DNA of 64,000 bases from Eledone cirrhosa (GCA_964016885.1 OZ024757.1:18166001-18230000), one strand, 5' to 3'. Shown: positions 23,549-37,989, numbered from the stretch's first letter. Made by a program: numbers and translations. Notes: generated by a model from the letters alone, not told the origin.

Positions 23549-24109
23549 AGTTTGGTAATGGTTCAGTGAGGATTTAGTGATGGTTCGGTAATGATTTTGT
23601 GAGGGTTTTGTGAATATTTGGTGAGGGTTATGTAATGGTTAGACAAGGTGTTGTTGATGGTTTGACGAGATTAGGTGATGGTTTGGCGAGGTTTTGATGG
23701 TGGTGTGACGATGGTTGGGTGATGGTTTAGTGATGGTTCGGTGAGAGTAAGGTGGAGAGTGGTTTGGCAAGGGTCTGGCGATGGTTTTGAGAGTATCTGT
23801 TGATGGTTTGTTGATGGTTAATTCTTGATTTTCGTTATATAGCAATCGCTTCAGACGTAAGATGAACCTTACTAACCTACAAATCTACATCTTAATGTTT
23901 ACCGTGAGACTAATGAAGGGTAATGGAATTAAAGACTGGGAGAAAAGCTAAGTTGCATAGAGTTGGAGCTGCTGATAAAAATAACGAAATAAAAATTAAT
24001 GATAAAGCTAGACAGAGCAACTTTGAAATTCACTTTCCTCTGCACCTGTTTCCGCTGATCGTAGTTTAAAGACAACCAAATAACAAACAAAACACCTACT
24101 CACACATAG

Positions 24110-24168
24110 ACACACACATACACACATAGACAGACACATATATAGACAGATATACAGAGGGTAATAGA

Positions 24169-24213
<45 letters not shown>

Positions 24214-24339
24214 GATAGACAGACACATAGAGACACACAGACACACACGTGCACGCATAGACACACATATATATAGACAGATACACAGCCGGTAATAGAC
24301 CACACACACACACATATATATATATATATACACACACAC

Positions 24340-24370
<31 letters not shown>

Positions 24371-24423
24371 TAGACAGACACATAGACACATATATATAGA
24401 CAGATATACAGACGGTAATAGAC

Positions 24424-24479
<56 letters not shown>

Positions 24480-24707
24480 TACACACACATATATATACAC
24501 ACATATACACAGACAGACACACACATAGACACACACATACACGCATAGACACACATATATATAGACAGACGGTAATAGACCACACACACACACATATATA
24601 TATATACACATATACACACATATACACACACATATATATATATACACACACATACACACACGCGCATAGACACACATATATATAGACATATAGACAGACG
24701 GTAATAG

Positions 24708-24739
<32 letters not shown>

Positions 24740-26190
24740 CACACACACAGACAGATGGTAATAGACCACACACACATATATATATACACACACATAGAGA
24801 CAGATACACAGACGATAATAGACAGATACACAGACGATAATAGACCACACATATATATATATATACACACATAGACAGACGATCATATACACATATACAT
24901 ACACACACAGACAGACAGATATACAGACGATAATAGACCACATATACATACATACATATATACATATACTCATATACAGACACATAGACAGACGATAAAA
25001 GACACACATACTTACACATTCACAGACATATACAGACACATATACAGACACATATATAGACGATCATATGCACATATATACAGACACACATATACACACA
25101 CATATACAGAAACACATATACAGACATATACACACACAGATATACAGAAACACATATACAGACATATACACACACATTCACAGACACATATACAGACACA
25201 GTTATACACACACATATACAGACACAGATATACACACACACATATACAGACACACTGACAGACACACACACACACACACACATACATACACATACAAACA
25301 TAGACAGTCATGTATAAGCATATATGCACACACCAAAAAAAGACACGCACACACATACAGACACACACATACACAAACAGACAGATACACACATACACAC
25401 ACATATACAAACATACAGAGAGACAGACACACACATATACAAACGCAGACACATATACACACATATACTCATACATAAACACTTACAAGCATATACACAC
25501 ACATACACAGACACACACACGTATATATACAGACAGACACACACACACACACACATATGCAAACGTAGACAGGCAGACACATAAACACACACACACATAC
25601 ATATGCAAACGTAGACAAGCAGACACATAAACGCACACACACATACACACGTAGACAGGCAGACACATAAACACACACATACACATACATATGCAAACGT
25701 AGACAGGCAGACACATAAACACACACACACATACATATGCAAACGTAGACAAGCAGACACATAAACGCACACACACATACACACGTAGACAGGCAGACAC
25801 ATAAACACACACATACACATACATATGCAAACGTAGACAGGCAGACACATAAACACACACACACATACATATGCAAACGTAGACAAGCAGACACATAAAC
25901 GCACACACACATACACACGTAGACAGGCAGACACATAAACGCACACACACATACATATGCAAACGTAGACAAGCAGACACATAAACGTACACACACACAT
26001 ACACACGTAGACAGGCAGACACATAAACACACACACACATACATATGCAAACGTAGACAAGCAGACACATAAACGCACACACACATACACACGTAGACAG
26101 GCAGACACATAAACACACGCATACACATGCATACACATACATATGCAAACGTAGACAGGCAGACACATAAACACACACATACACAAATAA
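24110..26190. repeat. CA/GA-rich minisatellites (cagacggtaatagaccac units, then gcaaacgtagacaggcagacacataaac units)
   Basis: Direct reading. Confidence 0.92.
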
Positions 26191-26442
26191 ATTGATATTG
26201 CACAGCCCCCTCCTCCCCTCACAGACAAACATCACTTAACAACAGACCAATACATCAGGATTAGAAATGTCTGTCATTCAACCTGCACCTTCACTGCACC
26301 CCACTTCCACACCACCTTCACTCAACAGGCACTTTCACTCCACATCCCCCTCCATTGCACCTTTACTCCACATGCACATTCAAGGCACCCCACCTCCACT
26401 CCAAAGCACTCCAATCCATCTTCACTCCCACGCTACTCTACA

Positions 26443-27080
26443 ATGTAGTGTAGTGATGTAGTAGTGTAGTAGTGTAGTCTGGTGGTGTAGTTTAATGGTG
26501 TAGTGTCGTAGTGTTGTTTAATGGTGTAGTGTCGTAGTGTAGTTTAATGGTGTAATGTAGTAGTGTAGTTTAATGGTGGAGTCTGGTGGTGTAGTGTAGT
26601 AGTGTATTTTAATGGTGTAGTGTAGTGGTGTAGTAGTGTTGTTTAATAGTGTAGTGTAATAGTGTAGTGTAGTTTAATGTTGTAGTCTGGTAGTGTAGTT
26701 TAATGGAGTAGTGTAGTTTAATGGTGTAGTGTAGTAGTGTAGTTTAATGGTGTAGTCTGGTGGTGTAGTTTAATGGCATAGTCTGGTGGTGTAGTTTAAT
26801 GGTGTAGTGTAGTTTAATGATGTAGTGTAGTTTAATGATGTAGTGTAGTAGTGTAGTTTAATGATGTAGTGTAGTGATGTAGTTTAATGGTGTAGTCTGG
26901 TGGTGTAGTTTAGTAGTGTGGGGTAGTGTAAAGGTTTAGTGATGTATGGTGTGGTGTAGTGTAGAGGTATGGTGATGTGATGTATGGTGGTGTGATGTAT
27001 GGGTGATGTAGTGATATGGTGTAGTATTGTGTAGTGTAGTGTAGTGTAGTGTAATGGTGTGGTGTGGTGTGATGTAGTGT
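26443..27080. repeat. (GTAGT)n-derived minisatellite
   Basis: Direct reading. Confidence 0.92.
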
Positions 27081-27256
27081 ATAATTTAAAGTGTATTTTA
27101 ACTAAGAAGTTTAAGTCTAATGAAATTAAGTAATTGAATTCTTGATAGTTTCAGACGAGACTTTTAGAAATCTTATTCAATATAGAATTAAGATTTTCAA
27201 ATGTAACAGATTTACCACTGAGATGTTGTTTGTCTTTCTCTCTGAACGTCTGATGA

Positions 27257-27365
27257 GAGTGGGAGTAAGGGTGTAGGAGAGTGGGAGAAAGGGTGTAGGA
27301 GAGTGGGAGAAAGGGTGTAGGAGAGTGGGAGAAAGGGTGTAGGAGAGTGGGAGAAAGGGTGTAGG
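27257..27365. repeat. 22-bp tandem repeat gggtgtaggagagtgggagaaa
   Basis: About 4.5 copies. Confidence 0.9.
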
Positions 27366-27547
27366 GGGTGTAGGGGAGGGGGAGGGAAGGGGAGTAGTTT
27401 GAAAGAAAGGGGGAGTGTAAGATACATTGAAGAGAGAGTAAGAGAGAGTGACAAAGATGGAGAGATGTATATCTGAATGCTTTTTTGCTGTACGATCAGT
27501 CATTTTACACACACACACACACACACACAAATATGCATATATACATG

Positions 27548-27585
<38 letters not shown>

Positions 27586-27809
27586 AATTCATATACACAT
27601 ATATTTACATACATACATATGTATACACATCTATATAGGTACAAACATTTACATACGTATATACATACATACACATATGTTCACATAGAAGGCCGCCCTA
27701 TAATAGATGAAATGAGTAAAAGAAGAAAAGTGTATGTATAAACACAAAAAATAGCAAGCACATACACGCACACATATATATGTGTGTATGCGTGTATGTA
27801 TATTGCACA

Positions 27810-28068
27810 CAAAAACAGGCTAAATTATCGACAAAAATTGCCGAAACTTTCATAAAAAATTGGCTAGATTTTCAACAAAAATTGACGAAATTTTCAACAA
27901 AAATTGCTTAAATTTTCAACAGAAATTCGCTAAATTTTCGACAAAAATTGGCTAAATTTTCGACAAAATTTGGCTAAATTTTTGACAAAAATTGGCTACA
28001 TTTTCAACAAAAATTGATGAAATTTTCAACAAAAATTGGTTAAATTTTCGACAAAAATTGGCTAAATT
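27810..28068. repeat. 22-bp tandem repeat aaaaattggctaaattttcgac
   Basis: About 12 diverged copies. Confidence 0.9.
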
Positions 28069-28249
28069 TATATATTTACGGCTGAATGTGATTTTGTGAG
28101 GTTTATTTTATGGAGTAAGTGAAATAGATTTGTCTCCAGATCGATCATTATTTTGACCGTATTATGGATTATATACGAGTAATTAGACAGTGAACAATGA
28201 ACAACTCTGGTTAGAAGCTAGCCACGTGGACTAATGATAATAATAATGA

Positions 28250-28445
28250 TTTCAAGTATAGGCACAGGGCCAACAAATTTGGGGGAGGGAAAATTTGATT
28301 AAATCGACCCCAGTGTGTGACAGGTACTCTATTACGCCGTAAGGATGAAAGGCAAACCTCACTTCGGCGGGATTTGAACTCATAACGTAAAGGGTCATAA
28401 CTATGCTGTAAAGCATGGTGTCTGACGCTCTTCCGATTCTACCAA
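28250..28445 (-). mobile_element. older SINE subfamily copy
   Basis: Shared core and head, longer internal segment. Confidence 0.8.
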
Positions 28446-28469
28446 TACACGGCCCTGCATGTTGTCAAT

Positions 28470-28690
28470 GATATTAACAAAAGATCTTCCTTGGGAGTAT
28501 TGAGGAGATGACTAACAGTCCGAGGATAATGAGAGGGAGACCATGAGCAAGATGGCTGCATAATATACATAATCTTGGTTGGTCTCACTTTGGGATCTCG
28601 TGGGTTCAGTTGGAGAGAGTTGCTTCTGGTAGGACCGTCTGGAGGGTACGTCTGGCGTCTCTGATAGCAGGACTCTCTCAAGAAGATGAA
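28470..28690 (+). mobile_element. RTE-group LINE C-terminal remnant
   Basis: RIMRGRP*ARWLHNI..LERVASGRTVWRVRLASL. Confidence 0.6.
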
Positions 28691-28884
28691 GACAAAGAAG
28701 GAAAAGAAGGAGAAGAAAGAGGCGAAGACGTAGAAGATGACAAAGAGGAAGAAAACGAAGAAAAAGAAATAGACGACAAAAGAAAAAAAGGAGAAGGAGG
28801 AAGAGAATAAAAGAGGAAAAAGGAGAAAAAGAGGAAGAAGAATAGTTGAGAATGCTCAGATGTAAACACGAGGGTGAGAGAATG

Positions 28885-29775
28885 TAATAGAGAGAGAGAG
28901 GAGGGTAGAGATAGAGGGGCGGGGGTAGAGATAGAGGGGCGGGGGTAGAGATAGAGGGGATCGGATGGTAGAAATAGAGGGGTAGAAATAGAGGGGAAAG
29001 AGAGGGGTAGAGATAGAGGGGGTAGAGATAGAGGGGAGAGAGAGGGGTAGAGATAGAGGGGGCATGGAGAGTAGAGATAGAGGGAGTAGAGATAGAGGGG
29101 AGAGAAGGAGTAGAGATAGAGGGGAGAAGGGAGTAGAGATAGAGGGGAGAGGGGCGTAGAGATAGAGGGGAGAGGGGCGTAGAGATAGAGGGGAGAGGGG
29201 CGTAGAGATAGAGGGGAGAGATGGGGTAGAGATAGGGGGGAGAGATGGGGTAGAGATAGGGAGGAGAGAGGATGGTAGAAATAGAGGGGAAAGAGAGGGG
29301 TAGAGATAGAGGGCGAAAGAGGAGGGTAGAGAGAGGGGAGAGAGGAGGGTAGAGAGAGGGGGAGAGAGAGGGGAGTAGAGTGGTGGATAGAGGGGGAGAG
29401 AGAGAGAGGGGGATGGAGATAGGACGAGAGAGAGAGGGGGAGAGAGAGAGAGAGGGGGAGAGAGAGAGAGAGAGAGGGAGAGAGAGAGAGGGGGAGAGAG
29501 AGAGAGGGGGAGAGAGAGAGGGGGGAGAGAGAGAGGGGGGGAGATAATGAGAGAGAGAGAGAGGGGATGTAGAGACACGGGACGGAAAGAGGGAGAGAGT
29601 GAGGGAGTGCGTGTGTTTACATATGAGATTTTACAAGAGTTATGCTAGAAGTGAGAAAGGGAGAATAAAAGATAGAGAGAGAGGGGCGAAGAGAGATAGG
29701 GAGGGGGAAGATGGAGAGAGAAAGAGAGAGAGAGGGGCGAAGAGAGATAGGGAGGGGGAAGATAGAGAGGGGGGA

Positions 29776-29827
<52 letters not shown>

Positions 29828-29880
29828 GAATAGAGACAGGCGAAGAGAGGAGCCGGGAAATGAGAGAGTGAAAGAGAAAA
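28885..29880. repeat. purine-rich minisatellite (ggggtagagatagagggg) and (GA)n
   Basis: Direct reading. Confidence 0.92.
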
Positions 29881-30103
29881 GGGTTTATAATAAATAAAAT
29901 GGTGTACTGAAGAAAGAGAAGGTCTAGCTAGGATATTTGTGATGGCCAAGTGATTGGAATAAACAGGGTTTAATACAAATATTGATATAAAAGATTGTAA
30001 GATGGTGGGAGTCCAGAGTAAGGTAGGCGAATGTGTCAAACATCAAATGTGGGAATCTACCAGACGGCGCCAACAAAGTGGATATATATATATATATATA
30101 TGA

Positions 30104-30147
<44 letters not shown>

Positions 30148-30232
30148 GAAAATTTGAACAGGAACAAAACAGAGAGGCAGTACAACGAGTGTTTATTAAT
30201 TTCACGCTCTGGAGAGTGGGGTGGTGGTGGGG

Positions 30233-30268
30233 AACGACGTTTCGGGCATAAGCCCTTCCTCAGGTGAG
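30233..30268 (-). ncRNA. HHR-like core without a pairing stem I
   Basis: CTGAGGA a gggc ttat gccc GAAA cgtcg TT. Confidence 0.5.
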
Positions 30269-30596
30269 AAGTGTGTGGGAAGAGAGTTCAAAGGGTGTGT
30301 AGGGGAGTGGTGGAGAGACATATAGCGAAAAGGGGGTGGGAGGAAACGGTGCGAATGAAATTAAAAATAAAAATAAAAATAAAGCATGATCAAAATAAAA
30401 TGAAATGAAATAAAAATAAATATAAAAGCATGATCAAAATAAACTGAAATTAAAAAGGAGTAAAACAGGTGGTGGAAGGGTGTGGGGTGTGTAGGGGGTG
30501 GTGGCGGGTGGAGTGGGGAGAGGGGTGTCCGAGCGGGGAGGGCTGAAGGTGGTGTGTGTGTGTATGTGAAAGCAAGGGTTGGGGGAAGAACGGGGT

Positions 30597-30646
<50 letters not shown>

Positions 30647-30652
<6 letters not shown>

Positions 30653-31275
30653 TTGCGAGATTTTTTATATGAAATCGTGTGTCGAAACAAATACTGTTAT
30701 ACTTGGGGAGGGTCATATTGTTGTAATAATATTGCCAGAAATAACAACACAACACACTCACTGTATGGTTGGTTTTCGCTTCTGTATCTTTTATATCTCC
30801 ACAGTTAATTCATTTGTCCTCAATGTTTATCATTGACTGACCAACGGTCAAAAATACAGATATAATATCGATATAAACACATATATATATAGTCTAACAA
30901 AGTTCTTTCGTTGCACATCTGCAACATCATCAGTGGTACTATTATGTTCCTCCTGCTGTATTGTATGTCTACGCCAGATGATAAACATTGAGGACCAAAT
31001 CAATTAACAGAAGCGAAAACCAACCAAACGGTGAGTGTGTTCTGTTATTATTTCTGGCAGTATCGGTAGAGGGTCGGACGCCATGCTTTCCAGCATAGTT
31101 ACGTCCCTTTACGATCTGGGTTCAAATCCCGCCGAGGTTGACTTTGCCTTTCATCCTTACGGGGTCGATAAAATAAAGTACCAGTAATGCACTGGTTCAT
31201 TGCTGGCCTTGTGTCTAAAGTAGAAACAATTATTTCTGGCAATATTATTACAATAATATGACCCTCCTCAAGTAT

Positions 31276-31282
<7 letters not shown>
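30647..31282. mobile_element. family-B fold-back element with HHR 30895-30938 (-); right arm interrupted by a SINE
   Basis: Arms about 30696-30833 and 30978-31279; tacca CTGATGA tgttgca gatg tgcaac GAAA gaac TT tgtta. Confidence 0.82.
31055..31231 (+). mobile_element. tRNA-derived SINE, 13-bp TSD
   Basis: attatttctggca at 31047-31059 and 31229-31241. Confidence 0.92.
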
Positions 31283-31313
<31 letters not shown>

Positions 31314-31352
31314 GTGTGATGGTGTAATGGTCTAGTGTGGTGTGTGTATATA

Positions 31353-31403
<51 letters not shown>

Positions 31404-31565
31404 ATAAATTTGTTTTTCACCGCTCCAATTAATGACGTATTATATTTGTTTTTTCCGTTCTTTGCCAGGGAACGTTTCCACGAACCAAAGTTTCGTCTTC
31501 CTGTCTTCCTCCGGTTGCAACGTTTTTTGAAATATTCACTTCTGCGTTCACAGATTGACTTTGTT

Positions 31566-31616
31566 AGTTTCAGAAGATCCCGTTAAGGGTGAAAGCAGCG
31601 ATTCTTTGCTTAAACT
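31566..31616 (+). ncRNA. hammerhead ribozyme with one core mutation
   Basis: agttt CaGAAGA tccc gtta agggt GAAA gca gcgattctt tgc TT aaact. Confidence 0.65.
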
Positions 31617-31692
31617 TTAATCTGTTATTTTAATAAATATATATATATATATATATATATTGGTCTTGATAATTATTACTATATTTATATAC

Positions 31693-31764
31693 ATTTTATC
31701 TGATGAGAGTACTGGACGTTTCTGTTAAGATCGCCTAGTTTACTGAAACCTTGCGTAATGGAAT
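31693..31764 (+). ncRNA. type-I hammerhead ribozyme (family E, element about 31660-31850)
   Basis: attttat CTGATGA gagtactgg..ctagtttact GAAA ccttgcg TA atggaat. Confidence 0.72.
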
Positions 31765-32012
31765 AATTATATTCTGTTGTTTATTATATAATTAAATAGC
31801 TCTTTACTGTACATAAAGCACTCTTCTTTCCTTTACCTTTTTCGGAAATACATACATATATCCCTACTCACAAGCGTTAAACTAATATTAACATTTCGAC
31901 TGCCTCTTCAACAACGTTGTTTTTTTTTTGTTTTCTGTGTACTGTCTCAACTCTAAAATATATATATAATAATATAATAATAATAATAATAATATAATAA
32001 TAATAATAATAA

Positions 32013-32199
32013 TAATTGTTTCTACTTTATGCACAAGGCTAACAATTACCCAGTGCATTACTAGTACTTTATTCTATCGACCCCGTAAGGATGAAAGGCA
32101 AAGTCAACCTCGGCGGGATTTGAACTCAGATCGTAAAGGGACGTAACTATGCTGGAAAGCATGGCGTCCGACCCTCTACCGATACTGCCAATCCACCGA
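32013..32199 (-). mobile_element. tRNA-derived SINE inserted at (TAA)n
   Basis: Near-consensus copy. Confidence 0.92.
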
Positions 32200-32202
32200 T
32201 TA

Positions 32203-32590
32203 TAATAAATGGTGGTTTTGGACAAGGGAAAAATATCGTGCCTGAATGTGGATGTAGCCTGCCCATTGGACATGAGAGTGCAAGAGAAGAAGAGGGAGAA
32301 AATTAACCGATACCAGGACTTAAAGTGGGAGGTAAAAAGAATTTGGAACTGCCATGAAGTCAAAGTGGTCCTGATTGTCATAGGCGCATTAGGTACTATC
32401 TCAAAGGGTTTCCAAGGATGGTTAAAGAAAATTGGTCCCGCCCCGCTTTTTGGAACACTTCAAAAGGCATGATTGCTGGGAACAGCAAGAACCCTCCGAT
32501 ACGTCCTGAATATCTGGGGCTGCAGGTAGTGGCTTGATATTCATTTCAACAAACTTTCCAGTTAACTAACATCAATGACTGAGACTCAAA
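32203..32590 (+). mobile_element. R4/Dong-like RLE non-LTR retrotransposon 3' end
   Basis: CLNVDVACPLDMRVQEKKREKINRYQDLKWEVKRIWNC..VVLIVIGALGTISK..LQKA*LLGTARTLRYVL; followed by (TAA)n. Confidence 0.88.
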
Positions 32591-32611
32591 TAACAATAAT
32601 AATAATAATAA

Positions 32612-32870
32612 TAAATACCTAAGACGTCTAATGATTACATATCCCAAATCCCGCATATAGAAGAAATACAAAAGATAGTACTAATGGGAACTGTCCATAT
32701 ACTAAGGAAGATTCTGTCAATATAAGTACATCACAAGTCTAAACACCTAAAGATGCATGTGTGTGTATGTATGTTCTTTATTGAACATAGCGGACCTTGT
32801 TGTCTGTTGAGGTCACTGGTTGTGACGTGATGATAACTCCTATGAACATAAAGCAAGATAAATGCAACTA
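32612..32870 (+). mobile_element. second R4/Dong-like 3' end (different family)
   Basis: IPHIEEIQKIVLMGTVHILRKILSI* plus UTR, between (TAA)n tracts. Confidence 0.75.
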
Positions 32871-32882
32871 TAATAATAATAA

Positions 32883-33040
32883 TAATTGTTTCTACTTTTG
32901 GCACAAGGCCAGCAATTACCCAGTACATTACTGGTACTTTATTTTATCGACCACGTAAGGATGAAAGGCATAGTTAACCTCGGCGAGATTTGAACTAAGA
33001 ATGGCATCAAAGCATGGCATCCGACCCTCTATCGATACTA
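32883..33040 (-). mobile_element. SINE with internal deletion
   Basis: Consensus match. Confidence 0.88.
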
Positions 33041-33094
33041 AATAATAAAATCAAACAAGGACGAGTGGTTACGCCTTCATTACGTTTATTGGTT

Positions 33095-33180
33095 GGTGAC
33101 GCACGTTTCGCCTCCGATCAGCTCAAGGTTCGAACTGTATCGATCTAGCCCGACTCTGTAACCCGCGGTTCATCAGATCC
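33095..33180 (-). ncRNA. degenerate HHR-like motif
   Basis: CTGATGA ..long.. GAAA cgtgcg TC; stems I and II pair poorly. Confidence 0.4.
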
Positions 33181-33203
33181 TTTATATATATATAGCTTTT
33201 ATA

Positions 33204-33248
33204 GCTCTGAAGAATCCTACGGTTACGTAAGGAAGAAACATTGTAAGC
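33204..33248 (+). ncRNA. type-I hammerhead ribozyme (related to the 19809 copy)
   Basis: gct CTGAAGA atcctac ggttac gtaaggaa GAAA cattg TA agc; downstream aataaa..cttttgatgt shared with the 19.85-kb copy. Confidence 0.72.
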
Positions 33249-33293
33249 CAATAAAAATCTTTTGATGTTGTAGACGCTCTTGTGTTCTTTATC

Positions 33294-33324
<31 letters not shown>

Positions 33325-34179
33325 CACGAGTCCTGCTGTCAGTGTCAACATGTTTGTTTGATCAGATAGTCACTAACACAACCTCAACACCATCTAAAAT
33401 ATACCATGTAAAGACTGAAACTTTGGTCACGGTGTAAATGGCGTTCGCCATAGATATACTCAACCACCATTCACCTGATTACAAATGAAAATGTAATAAT
33501 ATCACGCAGAGTTTAATCTCAATGCATGTCATCTTGTGATAGGGCCTTTTACCATAACATCAGCACAATAAATCCAGTGGAATTTGGTGCAAAGAGTTTA
33601 GCCCAACTTCCCAAAACTGGGTCATCTTGGAATCAAAGATAGGATAAGAACATCAACAATGAAACACCCGTCAGAGACAGCCGAGAAAAGATTGGTGTGA
33701 CTTTGATGAAAGAGGAATGACAACTGAAGGTAAGATAGGATGATTGATGTTTAAATAGATGAGAAATGTGTTACCGATGGCCTCCATGGTCGTGTGGAGT
33801 AAATCACAGGAAGAGGCAACTATACCACCACAGCAAGGTCCCAGCGTTCATATCTCACAGGAAGAGAAGCACGACAAGAGAACTCTTAGGATTCATGACC
33901 TAAATGGCTTCATTAATGAAACAGGCGCCGGGGGAATGCTCAGTCACTAGCAGTTTACTTCCAGGCGGTTCAATTTGCAGGTCAGCCATCGTGGAAAATC
34001 AATATTATTCTATACCATTCTATTCCAGAGGAAATCGATCAGAATTGGTAAATATCAATTTGGTATGCGAGGTGACTCAACCGTAGGCTGATCAGTTTGA
34101 TGGTCGAACATATGTAGTAGTCATCGTCGAGAACAATGGAAGACCATTATATTCTATTCCACTGAAAATAGATCACATT

Positions 34180-34650
34180 TCCACGACGGAGTAACCCTCT
34201 CCCAATTCGGGGGAGGTAAATCCCCAATCTGGGACGTGCTGTGACTCCTTCTCTGCCTCCAACCCTGTCGTCTGGAAGGCATACCTGGGGCACCAACACC
34301 CACAAGACAGAGGAAACGAAGATAAATACCGGAGCTTGGCCGATCGCTTCTCTTTTGTACCCGTCACAGTCGTGTCGTCTCGTGTCGTGTCCTCTGACCC
34401 GATATTGCCACAGAGGAGAGGAAGATAAACAAATACCGGGGCTCGACCGCATCCTTTTTATACCTCTCACCGTCGAGACCTCTGGTGTGCTTGGTCGACG
34501 GACTGCAGATTTCCTACAAAAAAATCTGAAAGACTGCAGCCAGCATGAGGAAGCTGCCCCGTCAGGCGGGGTCGCTGTGGCTGTTGCAGTGGGATTCCCT
34601 GGCCAGTCTTGTTGACAATGCCTTCGCCAGATTGTCTGCGGGCCTCAGTC
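34180..34650 (+). mobile_element. CRE-like RLE retrotransposon 3' remnant (partly duplicated)
   Basis: DGVTLSQFGGGKSPIWDV..DSFSAS..KYRSLADRFSFVPVTV / FIPLTVETSGVLGRRTADFL..WLLQWDSLA..NAFARL. Confidence 0.72.
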
Positions 34651-34884
34651 GTATCACCATTGATAAAAGCAACCTTTTTATAGGAAATGACTGAAACACT
34701 AGATGTCTACTCTTCGACTGAATAATGGCCGCCTTCCCTACTAGCTGACAACCTAAAACAAAATATCTTATTATATAAACCAAACATAGTACTCACAATA
34801 ATTCCAACACGATCATGCCCAAGAGAATTCAAAAACAAGAACAAAAAAAATCTTATTATCAGTGTTTTATGATCGAGATTAAAA

Positions 34885-34927
34885 TACATACATAACATGT
34901 ATATGTGCGTATATACACACATATATG

Positions 34928-34964
<37 letters not shown>

Positions 34965-34970
34965 ACTACA

Positions 34971-35026
<56 letters not shown>

Positions 35027-35361
35027 TATATATATACATACATACATAAACAAGCATACACATATATATGACTACATATGTATACATATATGTATACACA
35101 AATATATGTATATATGTGTATGTATGTGTGTATATATACATATATGTACATATATATACATATATACACACGCATACACATATATACATACATACATATA
35201 TATACATATATGTACATATACATACATACATACATACATATATATACATATATGTGCATATACATACATACATATATATACATATATGTACATATACATA
35301 CATACATATATATACATATATGTACATATACATACATACATATATATACATATATGTACAT

Positions 35362-35408
<47 letters not shown>

Positions 35409-35415
35409 TGTACAT

Positions 35416-35509
<94 letters not shown>

Positions 35510-35838
35510 GTATATATATATATATATATAGACATGTTTATGCGTGTGTATATGAGCAATTTCAAATGATTTTTACGATTACTTTCATAAGAATCTCCAT
35601 GCTTCCTTTTATAATTGGATTTTTTCCTACCAATAAATGCGATTGGTTTCCGTTAGAACGTTAAACTAATTTCAAATCTATATTATCGTTACCTGCTGCC
35701 GTTTATGTCATCTGCGCCAAGGGTATTTCATTTAACACATTAATCCAAACTCATAATTCTGTTCTTTCCATGTCGGCTGGCTCTTATGAATATACATATA
35801 CATACATAGATACATAGATATGTAGCTCTCTGACTCTC

Positions 35839-35869
<31 letters not shown>

Positions 35870-35900
35870 TGTATATGTATATGTATGTATATGTATGTAT

Positions 35901-35945
<45 letters not shown>

Positions 35946-36462
35946 TTATATATACATATATATATATATTATATATATACATATATTATATATTATATAT
36001 ATACATATATTATATATATTATATATATACATATATATATATATTATATATATACATATATATATATTATATATACATACATATATATATATTATATATA
36101 CATACATATATATATATTATATATACATACATATATATATTATATATACGTACATATATATATTATATATACATACATATATTATATATATACATACATA
36201 TATATATTATATATACATACATATATTATATATATACATACATATATATATTATATATATACATACATATATATATTATATATACATACATATATATATT
36301 ATATATACATACATATATATATTATATATACATACATATATATATTATATATACATACATATATATATTATATATACATACATACATTATATATACATAC
36401 ATATATTATATATATACATACATACATATATACATGTACTAACTATTACACTGTGTCTGTTG

Positions 36463-36557
<95 letters not shown>
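34885..36557. repeat. TA/TACA compound microsatellites with a (CT)n block
   Basis: Direct reading; unique island at 35555-35790. Confidence 0.9.
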
Positions 36558-36558
<1 letters not shown>

Positions 36559-37237
36559 CACGGTACTAGCTGGTACTAAACATTCGATTCAATCAAGGTG
36601 ATAGTAGTTCTTTAGTTCCCATACTTCCCCCGCCCCCCTCGGCCCTCCCTCACACTTCCCACAGCTCTATTTCTTTCCTCGTATTTATTGTTCTCATAGT
36701 TGTTATGGTAGTAGTTATCGTTATAGTAGTAGCTGTTGTTGATGTAGTTCTTATGTTAGTTGTTGTTGTTGTTGTTGTAGTTCTTGTCTTAGTTGTTGTT
36801 GTTGTTATAGTTCTTGTCTTAGTTGTTGTTGTTGTTGTTGTTGTAGCTGTATTTGTTTTGTTTTTTTAGCTTTCTAACCCCCGCCACCACCATTTCATTT
36901 TCTTTACTTTATTATCGACAAGTCGTCGTAAAAATTTCTTTGAAATGAATTACAAAAGAGACCGCTGAAAAGTTGGACATAATTTATTGTCTTCTAAAAT
37001 ATGTTTTATATGAGGTGGTTGCCAAGGAGCGATATTGGTATTATTGGAAATTAGATGACATAATGGTGATATTAGAAAGTGATTAATGCGTCGCTTTTAG
37101 CTGACATGACAATCTTTATTGAAATGAATGTTACAATAAATTCAACCAGAAACGTCATTAATTTATTCTCCCTTTAGCCAATATTGATATTTTAATCATC
37201 GTTTAAGGATATATATATATATATATTTATATATATG

Positions 37238-37269
<32 letters not shown>

Positions 37270-37708
37270 GAGATATATATATATATATATATATATATGA
37301 GCCTCCACTTCTAATTCCCTTGTATCGGCCATCTTATATATTTTTTATGTTATTTATGTCGTTAATATACATAAAGACACACGCACAAATATATATATAT
37401 ATGGAGAGAGAGAGAGAGAGAGAGTGGTAGAGATGGAGAGAGGGGGGTGGAGAAAGTGTGTGGGCATGAGAAAGAGAAAGAGATAACAGGGTCTCGGCAG
37501 TATATGAATATATAAATATATGTTTTTCTACTATTAATAATACGGTCGCATGCGCCACCGAAGACTGTGTATTTGACTTGGATGGTGCTATATATCTGCC
37601 ATAAAACTCCATTAATTTCTTCCAAGCGCTTATTTAACTTTACAGCTTTTCCACATGGATTAAAAATAATGATGTTTTTCATATGAGATGGTTTTTTTTT
37701 CTGGATAG

Positions 37709-37756
<48 letters not shown>

Positions 37757-37781
37757 TGTGTGTGTGTGTGTGCGTGTGTCT

Positions 37782-37819
<38 letters not shown>

Positions 37820-37989
37820 ATACCCTGATGGTATCCAATGATGTTGATTTGTTCTTCTTTTTGGTAAATATCATATTAGTTAAGAGAGTGGGACTGGCTT
37901 TGTGCACTGCCTTTGCTCACTATAAAAGCTTCACGGCACAGGCATTGCTATATATCTGGAGATCTCTCTGCACTTGTCATCACATGGTA

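Noticed and set aside
27810-28068. Regular 22-bp repeats resembling CRISPR or iterons
   Set aside because: Contiguous tandem units without unique spacers; eukaryotic context, no cas or rep genes.
28610-28850. Acidic/basic low-complexity ORF
   Set aside because: RTE remnant running into GAA-rich simple repeats.
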